Source: Ranitomeya imitator (taxonomy: Eukaryota). Taken from it: 64,000 nucleotides of DNA. The stretch lies in the NCBI RefSeq assembly GCF_032444005.1, contig NC_091285.1, positions 20,026,001-20,090,000 of the forward strand. The letters are read 5' to 3'. The translations under genes were made by a program, and so were the position numbers. Positions 23,801 to 35,800 of the stretch are shown piece after piece; within the stretch, counting starts at the first letter, position 1; each line of letters opens with the position of its first letter. The notes beneath the pieces were generated by a model that was not told the DNA's origin, searched no databases, and saw only the letters and a program-made list of their open reading frames with translations.

Positions 23801-26800
23801 TGTAGGTGAAATGAACACTTGTTGATGAGCTGCTTTATAGATTACAGTTCATTGTAGGAATTCCTAACAGTAAGATATCATAATATCGGAAAAAGTTAAG
23901 GGATTCTTATACTAAAAAATGGGATTTTAAGAAACTTGGCCAGATGAAAGGGAACCTGGAGATAACAGCAAGCAGAGATTTCGGGGAAAAAGTGAAACAA
24001 GTATATAAGAAAACTGCAGAACTTGTAACTAAGATGTGACCTTACACCTTCACATCATAATTTAATATTTTGTGACAAGTAAATGTAATAAACAATTTGC
24101 CGCGAGTCTCGGCTCGCGCGGTTTAGAGGTGTTAATTGCACAGATATGTTGGCACACTGACCTGGCACAGCGCTCCGACGCGCGACTTCGCACACATACT
24201 GAATGGTTGACACAGGAACATTCCCGTCTATGCACAATAGGCGAGAACTGCGGAGACGCCCTGCAAACTGAGACACCTGGTGGGGAGAAAAGGTATTACT
24301 AGAGGATACTCAATGTACGCGGCAACTAAGTCTTTCTACTTATCAGATATAAAAATAAACAAAATGCATAATATATTACATAACATAATAAATTATATAT
24401 TCACATTAGTGTTTCTGACCCAATGAGAGTCCCTCAAAGGAGAATATTTGAAAAGCGGGTTGCTGTAAAAAATGGGCATGGTTTGGATTTAAATGGGCGT
24501 GGTCAAATATATTTATATCCGTTAAAATTAATTTGACTGTTCGGAATAAGTTGTCACGTGTGTGTACATGAGGAAAAACACAATATCCGACCATTTTACG
24601 ACCTGTTCTCTCTATTTTTCAGTTGTCTCTGAGCAAGTGGGAGGAGGCTAGCCCCTATTATGTCTCCCATACACAGAACACACAGACATGAGTAGCTCCT
24701 GATATCCCTTGTCTCTATAGAGCACATATACAGAAGTCCAGTACTGAGCGGTGTAGCTGTGAATCCAGCATTGGGGTTTATTCCTGCTTTCTCTCTAATT
24801 TTCAGTTGTCTCCGAGCTAGTGGGAGGAGGCTAGCTCCTGTTATGCACACACAGACACGAGGAGCTCCTGATATCCCCTATCTCTATGTAGCACATATAC
24901 AGAAGCTCAGTACCCAGCAGGGTAGTTGTGAATCCAGCATTGGCATTTACAAGAAAGCTGCAGAACATTCTGCCTTTCTCTGTCCCTCTGCTTCTCCCCT
25001 TCCCCCTGGTTGCTAGGGAATCCCCACATGTACTTATGTTGGCTAACAGATGTAAATCATTCAGCTGCGGTGCTAAAAACTAAAACTCGGAGCACTAAAA
25101 AATACTCGCAGGACCCCCGAGCGTCCTCGGGAAATCTCGAGTAACGAGTATATTCGCTCATCACTAGTAGGCACCTAAAGAATAGCCATTGGAAGCTGTT
25201 ACTCTCTATCTTCTTTTTTTCTCAACTTGCTTTTTTAATCAGATTTTTCAAAGTAAACCCTATTTTGCTGATATTGAATTTTTCATCATTAGGACACATT
25301 TTTACTAGGGACTGTTGGTGGTAACAAGGCACGGGCGGGCCAACCATTTGGTGCTTTGACATGGAACCTAAATTCTCTCTTTCATACCGTTAAGCCCTGT
25401 TTTGATCCTCGCCGATCTCCTGACCTTCCATGATCCCCGTTCTCACTCTTTCCATGTTGTCGGTGTGAGTAACAATAACCCCCGGCATCACCTTGTCATC
25501 GGAAGACTTAGTGAAATCTTCTTAGTAACACGACTATTGTTGAGGGTCTGTGACTATTTATGTTCCTCCATCTGATGTCTGCGCAATCTGCCTAATGTAA
25601 CCGTGGAGGTCAGATAACGATACGGTATCGGCCATCAGGGTCTCGGGGCAAGAAGGTCAACAAGCCCCTGAAAACCTGAGATAGGCTACACCTTTTTTGA
25701 TGAGTATGGAGCTGATGGTTAGTTGGTTCTGCTAGTTTCTTAGAGAATATGTGGTAATTAATGAGGCACTTGTGTTGGGGCTATGTTACTCACATGTCCC
25801 GGCTCCAGCACCAGGCTTTGCGTCCTCTTTTCCCAGTGAATGGTTCTCTCTGTTCTCTCCACCCATGTGTGTTGCTCCATGCGGCGCGCACCTCTGATGT
25901 CACATGCTATGGTCTTATCGGCTGGCTCGCTCACCTGAGCTTTAGATAGTTAGGCATCCACACCACTACTATGTTTCTAAACTCAGTTATCTTCCCTCCT
26001 AACTCAACTACCTCTGCTACACCACTGGGCTCTGCTATCCCAAGGTGTTTGCATATGTGACTCAGCTGTTACCAGACCAGGGAGCCATTCAGCATATCCA
26101 GCCCTGTTCTACGTGTTATGCGCCAACCTCACTGAAGATCTGCTGGAGCCGTGGTTACTCTCAGCTCTGCTGTTCCACACCCTAGGAGCCGTTCTCAATC
26201 TCAGCTCTGCTGTTTCACACCCTAAGAGCCATCCTTACTCTCAGCTCTGCAGTTCCACTTCCTAGGAGTCATCCTCAATCTCAGCTCTGCTGTTCCACAC
26301 CCTAGGAGGCATCCTTACTCTCAGATCTGCTGTTCCACATCCTAGGAGCCATCCTCACTCTCAGCTCTGCTGTTCCACACCCTAGGAGCCGTCCTCAATC
26401 TCAGCTCTGCTGTTCAACATCCTAGGAGCCATGCTCAATCTCAGCTCTGCTGTTCCACATCCTTGGAGCCGTCCTCACTCTCAGCTCTGCTGTTCCACAC
26501 CCTAGAAGCCATCCTCAATCTCAGCTCTGCTGTTCAACATCCTAGGAGCCATCCTCAATCTTAGCTCTGCAGTTCCACATCCTAGGAGCCGTCCTCAGTC
26601 TCAGCCCTGCTGTTCTACATTCTAAGAGCCATCTTTACTCTCAACTCTGCTGATCCACATCCTAGGAGCCGTCCTCACTCTTAGCTCTGCAGTTCCACAT
26701 CCTAGGAGCCGTTCTCAGTCTCAGCCCTGCTGTTCTACATTCTAGGAGCCATCCCCACTCCCAGCTCTGCTGTTCCACATCCTAGGTGCTGTCTTTACTC

Positions 26801-29800
26801 TCAGCTCTACTGTCCCACATCCTAGGAGCCGTTCTCAGTCTCAGCCCTGCTGTTCTACATTCTAGGAGCCATCCCCACTCCCAGCTCTGCTGTTCCACAT
26901 CCTAGGTGCCGTCTTTACTCTCAGCTCTGCTGTTCCACATCCTAGGAGCCATCTTTACTCTCAGCTCTGCTGTTCCACATCCTAGAACCCGTCCTCAGTT
27001 TCAGCTCTACTGTTCCACATCCTAGTTGCCGTCTTTACTCTCAGCTCTGCAGTTCCACATCCTAGGAGCCGTCCTCAGTCTCAGCCCTGCTGTTCTACAT
27101 TCTAGGAGCCATCCCCACTCCCAGCTCTGCTGTTCCACATCCTAGGTGCCGTCTTTACTCTCAGCTCTGCTGTTCCACATCCTAGGAGCCATCTTTACTC
27201 TCAGCTCTGCTGTTCCACATCCTAGGAGCCATCTTTACTCTCAGCTCTGCTGTTCCACATCCTAGAACCCGTCCTCAGTCTCAGCTCTACTGTCCCACAT
27301 CCTAGGTGCCATCTTTACTCTCAGCTCTACTGTTCCACATCCTAGGTGCTGTCTTTACTCTCAGCTCTATGGTCCCACATCCTAGGAGCCGTCTTCGGTC
27401 TCAGCTTTGCTGTTCCACCTCCTTGAAACCGTCCTTTCTTTCAGCTCTACTGTTCCACACCCTAGAAACCGTCCTCAGTCTCAGCTCTGCTGTTCTACAT
27501 CCTTAGAGCCATCCTCATTCCCAGCTCTGCTGTTCCTTCATAGTGCTATCTGCATATTCAGCTCTGCTCTATCACGAGCATGTGTCATCCAGCAAAATCA
27601 ATTCTGCTGTTTCACATCTTTTTTGAATTCCATCACATCCAGCCCTACAGTACTACATCTAAGGAACTATCTGCACCCTCAGCTCTGCTGTTCCACTGTC
27701 ATACCATACAGGTGCTGTCCAGCATATCCAGCTACACATTTCTGTTTGCACCAATGCCTTTTATCCATGCCGCTCATCCAGATCTACAAGGTGTGACTTA
27801 ATATAAAGGGGTGTGGCTTAATATAAGGGGATGTGGCTTATTATAAGGGGTGTGGCTCTATATAAGGTGTGTGGCTTACTATAAGGGGTGTGGCTTTTAT
27901 AAGGGGTGTGGCTTAGAATAAGGGATGTGGCTTAGCATAAGGGTGTGGCTTCGTATAAGGGGTGTGGCTTACTATAAGGCATGTGGCTTAAATTAGCATT
28001 TTTTTTTAGTTTCTGTAGGTCACAAGTATAAGTGGAGCCACAAATTCTCACATGTTTCTCTGTTATCTGTTGGTGAATTTCCATGTCTCCCAGTCCAAGG
28101 ATCAGTTCTCCGCTGCCAGAGATGACTGCACAGTATGTGGCCGTGTTGTGACCCTTAAGATGTGCCACCCCTTTCATATCCTGCAAGACAAGTATACTTC
28201 CACTTAAGAATACACTTGATTAAAGGGCAATATCCATAAAACCTAAAAATCCTATCAGCCATCTCTTCTGGAATAATAGGAGACCTCCCGGAACTCCTAG
28301 AGAACCAGAAAATCTCTCGGGCCCTGCAGAACCTGACCGAAAGCTCCTAGAAACCAATGATTCCAAGATGTTCCTTCATTCATGGAGGTGGGGAATAGAT
28401 GTAAAAGGGGTGTGACGGCAGCAAAGGGGCGCAGCTACGGCCAAAAGATGCCGAACCCTCCTCCCAGATATGAGTCTTCAAAACCTCTGCCCCTCTGATG
28501 TTCCTCCAGAAAATGTACAATTTACCCTTCTCCCTGTCGATAAGAGTCTGGAAGTGTCAGGGCTGATTGGACAGTTCTAGACTATGCAGAGGCACGACCC
28601 ACTGACAAGGGTAAGCGTAATATCCGGACTCACCATGTGTGAACAGTACCGGAAGACTGAGTCAGAGAGGTCATCTTGCCCTACAGCCGAGATGAACAGA
28701 GGTCTGACACCAAGACGGCTCAAACAATCTGAAGGTGAAGAGAATATACTAATATTAAAAGGCCAATTGTCTTAAATTATAGTTTCCCATTCTGGCTGCC
28801 TTTAGCTGCCACTAGGGGGAGCTTGTGAGGTTACTGCATACGGTTTATACATAGAACTCAATACAAAACCTGTATGCAGTCAGCTCCTGAGCTCCCCCTA
28901 GTGATGACTACAGGAAGTAATAAAAAAAATTAACTAACTCGTCCTATTCAGGGAATTTGGAGCTTTGGATCAGGAAACCATGAAAGATCACATACCTGCC
29001 AGGTTCCTGCCAACACCTCCAAAGGACTGGTGGACTTGACCCGGATTTGTTTGTCCCCCAAACTGCAATGGTAAGCCACAAACCAGAATGATAAACTAAA
29101 TGGCTGATAACAGAGAGTAATAGCATTATACCATGATGGAAATAAGACAATTTATAGGATTAATGGCTTTTCAAAGGCGAATTTCTGAGTTCCCATACTG
29201 CCACGTAAATTACCAATGTTCTGGATTTCCCGTTTTAGGGCCCATAAGGCTGACGTCGCAAAGCACATCATAAAAAGCTGAATTCTACGCCATCCGAGTG
29301 TTATAAATAAACGTCTTAGCTGGTCTCTTAGGTTTCCAATCATTTTATATTAGTTTCCTATTTTTATGTAACAGTTTGTGGGAAATTTATGGGATTTTTA
29401 ACTGAGATCAGTGGAGTTGAGTGGATTTTACATTAAAAATAAAAAATAAAACTATTTAGTTACTGCAAGTTATAATTGGAAACATACAGCAGGGTAATAT
29501 AAATGAATTCCCAATACGGAAACTTAAAGTGGACCTTTACCTTTCATCATCATGTTGTTTTTAGGTCCAGCTTTCGTTGCTGATTAATTTAGTAATATAT
29601 CTTTATAGTAGGCGGGATACAGTTTATAATGATACAGAGCTCCTCTGCAAAGATGTAAGTTTAAATAATAAAATTCTCAATTCCTGCAGTCACCACTAGA
29701 GGGAGCTTACTGCATACAGTGTTACTATTGAGTTCTATACATAAGCAGTCTGCAGCAAGCTCCTGAGCTCCCTCTGGTGGTGGCCACTTGAATTATATTA

Positions 29801-32800
29801 TCTAGTTATATCGCTCAGAAGGCAATTGGGGGCTCTGCGTTACAAAAAGATTGCTGTTTTTAAGAAATTAATCAAAACAGAACTGTGCATGGATTTGGAA
29901 AAGGCCGAACATCGGGAAATAGAGACAAAATTGTCTAAATCAGAATTTGTCACTGGTCTATGACCATCTTTAGATATTTGTTGCAGATCACCATTGGGCT
30001 GATGATTAAAAAAATATCATGAAAGTGGAGCTCCCCATAATTGTATGCAGAATGCAAAAGACAAGACTGAAAACACGTAGAAGCTCTTGTTCGCCCCCCT
30101 GTGGCACACTCGGGGAACTGCACCTTTCTAATCTACAGTGTATTTTAAATGCTTGCAGTTTTCAAGATCACCGTATACTGTCAGTGAACAGAAAGATTAT
30201 GTATTTATTTACATCCAGAGACAGATTAGTAACATTCACAGCTGGATGTTTGCTACAGTTGCATCCAGACTACAAAATCGTTCTGCAATCCATGAATGTG
30301 TATTGGAACAAACTTCAACTAAAAGGGATCCTGCCATTTAAAACAACAATGAATCCACACAAACGGTACCTCCATCTTGTCTCGAGCTGCTTTTGCAATG
30401 AAATCAACATTAATACCTCCAATAACAACCTGAAAATCAGAGAAGATAGATAAAATGATAGATAATAGATAGATAATAGATAATATATAGATTTATCTAG
30501 TTTCCATCTATCTAGATAGAAGCAGTTCTGACTGTAGAATTATCTCACCGGCCTGGAATCCGACATCTGTTCCTCCGATTTCGTGCGATGACGTAATTCC
30601 TTCCTTCCGCCTCCTTTAGGTTTCTGGATCTTGCTCAGGGCCACAGCGATGCGACTCCCAACTCCGGCATTATTCTTTATCAGAGCAATATCTTGAGTTC
30701 CATTAAGAAAACTTAACAATAACTTTACCCTTTCTTAAAGCAAAATATTTGCAGTTGATTTTATAGAATTATTACCTTCACCCATTTTAAGTGGCTTAAA
30801 AAAAATGCCCCTCTCTGTAAAGACCCCAAAATGTCATTTCATGGTATGTTTTCTGTAGCTATCATGCAATTAATCATTTCTCCTGCGGAGGCGCTGCAGA
30901 CTGATCAGTGTACGTCAATCTGTAAAGATCAATATGCCAAAAATTGGTACCAATGCAGATAAGGATACTGGAATCTAGGGATTTCCCTCCGGTTTTCTCA
31001 TTTACTCTGCTCAACAGGAACGGGGTCACCTCTTTTCCCACAATGCCTTCCTTTCTGATTTAAATACGGAAAATAAAACCGTGTTACAGTACTACACTGC
31101 GTGCAGAATTATTCGGCAAGTTGTATTTTGATCACATGATAATTTTTATACATGTTGCCCTACTCCAAGCTGTTCAGGCTGAGAGCCAACTATCAATTAA
31201 GTAAATCAGGTGATGTGCATCTCTGTAATGAGGAGGGGTGTTGTCTAATGACATCAGAACCCTATATAATGTGTGCTTAATTATTAGGCAACTTCCTTTC
31301 CTTTGGCAAAATGGGTCAGAAGAGAGATTTGACGGCTCTGAAAAGTCCACAATTGTGAGATGTCTTGCAGAGGGATGCAGCAGTCTTGAAATTGCCAAAC
31401 TTTTGAAGCGTGATCACCGAACAATCAAGCGTTTCATGGCAAATAGCCAACAGGGTCGCAAGAAGCGCGTTGGGCAAAAAAGGCGCAAAATAACTGCCCA
31501 TGAATTGAGGAAAATCAAGCGTGAAGCTGCCAAGATGCCATTTGCCACCAGTTTTGCCGTATTTCAGAGCTGCAACTTTACTGGAGTAACAAAAAGCACA
31601 AGGTGTGTGATACTCAGGGACATGGCCAAGGTAAGGAAGGCTGAAAAACGACCACCTTTGAACAAGAAACATAAGATAAAATGTCAAGACTGGGCTAAGA
31701 AATATCTTAAGACTGACTTTTCGAAAGTTATATGGACTGATGAAATGAGAGTGACTCTTGATGGGCCAGATGGATGGTTGGCCAGAGGCCGGATCAGTAA
31801 AGGGCAGAGAGCTCCACTGCGACTCAGGCGCCAGCAAGGTTGAGGTGGGGTACTGGTATGGGCTTGGTATCATCAAAGATGAACTTGTGGGACTTTTTCG
31901 GGTTGAGGATGGAGTGAAGCTCAACTCCCAGACCTACTGCCAGTTTCTGGAAGACAATTTCTTCAAGCAGTGGTACAGGAAGAAGTCAGTATCGTTCAAG
32001 AAAAACATGATTTTCATGCAGGACAATGCTCCATCACATGCCTCCAACTAAGCTAAGATGTCCACCCTATAAGTTGACCCACATCTCTCCATCCAAAATG
32101 TCATGATGCCTACTCGGCATCAGGGTCAACTTTCCCATGTCCCTGGTCCTCCTTATTACCTGGCCTCCTCTAGTGCTTGGTGAATGGCTTCTTCTATCAT
32201 CCGGCCAGATGAAGCATTCTCTAAAGGAATAGGGACCGAGATCAGGACACCACTGTTCAGTCCGAGCTCCAGAGAACTGGCTGAGGGAGAAGGATGTGAT
32301 ATCATATAGTGACCCAAATACCATTTTGTCTACATTCCACGTCCTTCCAACACACAAGCACGAATTAGATTTTGGTTCTTGAATAGATCTACCATCTTTT
32401 GATTGTCATACTGATCCCCTATGCCCAATAACTGGCACCGGTGATGTCCGACAACTGCTCATTCCAGCCACCTTCTAAGAGGACAGCGCCACACCCATTG
32501 ATAGGCTGTGTCTGGTATTGCTTCAACTCTTAAAGTGAAGGGTGCCACGCTTCTTTACCACATACAACCTGTAGACGGGTGTGGAGCTGTTTGTGGAAGA
32601 AAGCAGCCATCTTGTTTTATTTCAGCATAATCTTTTAAAACCACGTCATAAGTGTTACCATCCTACCAATAAGTCTTGCAGCCTCCTCCTCATTTTGGAC
32701 ATGATATGGGGCCTTGTAGCCGCTGCGTGGGGTGAAGAAAGCTGGGAAGTCTCTGGAATCTCCAAATGTGGAAACGCAGACTCCTTGGGTCTCCTATTAT

Positions 32801-35800
32801 TAGGGCGATAAGGAAGCAGGGCTTAAAGGGGTTGCACACTTTTCTCACAAAATGGTCGTCGATAAAGGAACATGTGACCAGATCAGCCTCCTGTAATAGT
32901 AAAAACTGCTTTTCTATTGGAGGAGACTGATCGGCTGATCTAGTCACATGTTCCTCTATCAACGGCCATTTTATGGACATAACAGCTGGTCAGTTTGTGA
33001 GGAGCGAAACAAGAGAAAGTGGACAATCCCTTCAAGAGGTGGCAAGCTGATGTCTAAGACGTCCATAGACGACTTTGTATCTTGTTCAGATAAAGACTAC
33101 TAGGCCGAAACAGTTTTATGCAGAGCAGTTTGCATCGGACATGTCCGAATTTGCTGGGGTTGTTTCTAAAATATTGGGGCATTGTCGACAAATTCGGGAC
33201 TGTCGGCAACAAGTCATGCTTGAGTTCTGCCCATAAGGCCTGTTAAATGCTGGGGCAGATTTATTAAACCTGTCTAAAAGCTGTCTGTTGCCCATATAAA
33301 CCAATCACAGTGCAGCTTTCATTTTACCAGAGCCGTTTTAAAAATGAAAGCTGAGCTCTGCTTGCTATAAGCAACAAAGGCAGTTTTTCTTTTAGACAGT
33401 TTTTGCCTCACTCACCAGATACTCCAGAGTGCGGCCAATGTCCAGGATGGATTTTATCCCGGCTGAAATAACAGCTACTGGTGTTCTCCCAAGTTCAGTT
33501 AGATCTGCACTGACATCCATAGCTGAAGCCAAAGAGGAAAATATGGAGTTACCCTTTAAATTAACCAAATACTATAAATAGTTCTAGAACGCTATAAAAT
33601 GAAGGAATAAAAAAAATGTACTGCTTTCTCCATCGCGGTGTACTCCTCCGATCCCTCCGGTCACAAAGATAGGGATCCCAGCGTGATGTGCAGCCACCAT
33701 TGTCCCAGAAACGGTGCTGCCTCCTGAAAGACCCTATAACAAGCAGAGATCATAGCACTTTAGAGCCTCATGTATAAAAAATGCCTCCAAGATCGTATCC
33801 TTGCCCCGTATGGACAAACAGGTGCACGACTCCCTACCAGACGCAGCTCTGATCTCTCCTGCGTCCGTCACATGCCCCATAAGGACACACAGGTGTACGA
33901 CTCCCTACCAGACACAGCTCTGAACTCTCCTCTGTCCGTCACATGCCCCATACATGGCGCCCCAAGGTCCTGGTCATCACAGTAACCTTGCTTTCCTCAC
34001 GGGGAGAGTGATGTTACGCTTGAAGGCAAGAAGGGATAACTGCAACCAGGTAACACAAGCATGCAACACATTCACACTCCAGGCCACCAGGGGGAGCTTT
34101 TGATCCTATTTACTAGGTGACTCCCCATATATAAGGTAGTTTAGGAGGGAAAGTAGTCAGTCAGAGCTGCAGATCAGTTCTTGCCAGGAAACAGACTGGA
34201 CCAGTCTGGGCAGCAGAGGGTTTACGGAGCTGTGTAGCCGCAGTGCAGCAGTTCCTGGAAAGCGACATTCAGAAAGCCAAATTGATTGCAGTGAACGTGC
34301 AGGAGAGCAAAGCACAGGAGAGGATATCAGGGGGAGACCAGCCCTGAGCAGGCTGCCTCCTTCTGAGGTGCAGAGACCGGTAGCCAGAACACCGAGGTTG
34401 TAAGGACCTCTATGACTTACCTCAGAGACTGGCAGGACATCTGAACTCCAAGCTACCTGTCCAACCTAATACCCAGGAGGCACGGTGACACCCTTAGAGG
34501 CTGGGGTGTGCTAGAGTCCCTATAAACCGCCTCAAGTCACCAGTCATACGGGTTATGTCCTATCCTATCCGGGGGACAGAGTGAGAGATAACATCTGTGA
34601 GGACCTTATGTGAAGCCATAGGCAGTAAGGGACTACACCACCACGGCGCTAGAGGAAGGCTTTGATTTCCACCTGGATAAGGGGACTCCTAACTTGCCTC
34701 CAAGCCTGCCGGACCCTGTCTGCCCTGTGATCTGGTGCCCTGGACTGTGGCTGCCTGAAGTCAACAGTAAAAGTAAAGAGACTGCAACCCTGTGTCCTCA
34801 TTCTTTACTGCGCCTTTCACCATCTACCATCTAAACACCGGGAGCCCTGGGGACATACTTCACCTGTGGGAAGTTATACCATCTAGCTGCCATAACATCA
34901 CCCCAGCGGACCCCTTAAATCAGCGTCAGTCCCCACTGACCGAATACCACAGGTGGCGTCACAAACATAAACTTTATTCCCTTTAAAGACCTTTCCATTT
35001 TACATGGGCGCCCAGGGCCATGGACCGGGTCGCCACCGTGACATCCCCCTGTGAAACTCAGGACCCGGTACCGAGTACCCCAAGGCCATGGCGGGCGACT
35101 CAAACACAGGTGCACGACTCCCTACCAGACACAGCTCTGATCTCTCCTGTGTCCATCACATGCCCCATACGGACACATAGGTGCATGACTCTCTACCGGA
35201 CACAGCTCTGATCTCTCCTGTGTCCATCACATGTCCCATACGGACACACAGGTGCACGACTCCCTACCAAACACAGCTCTGATCTCTCCTGTGTCCGTCA
35301 CATGACCAGGTTCATATGGGATAACAACAAGCAAAAATCATAAAAATGGTGATAAATCAATACAGAAAGTATATTGACAAATTGTATAAGTTAGCATTTT
35401 ACTAAAAAATAACCATTATTTACCGACACAAAAGAACCCCTTTAAATATGCCGTGTGGTCTAACGTCAGACTATAACTATACAAGTATTGTATAATATAT
35501 TATGATGTAATCTAATACTTAATGACAAACCTGGCTGATCACATAGGGCAGATCTCTCCTCGACACCTTCACACAGTCTTTGCTGGTGGCAAGAAACTTG
35601 ATTTCTTCTTCGCGGAGGCCAATGTGCACTTTGCCCTCTATGATGCCCACTGTCGCTGGTACTGAGCCGTTGGCTCGGACTATTTCCTCCACTTGACTGG
35701 CCATGCTGTCATTATACATATATATGAATTCACTTAAACAGTCACATACAAACTTCAGAAAAACGTTTGAGGCGGATCAGTTTGTCTCCGTGGTTACAGA

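Noticed and set aside
33090-33120. Further hammerhead-like strings (CAGATAA..GGCCGAAAC here; also near 50165-50200)
   Set aside because: Catalytic core and stems too degenerate to call
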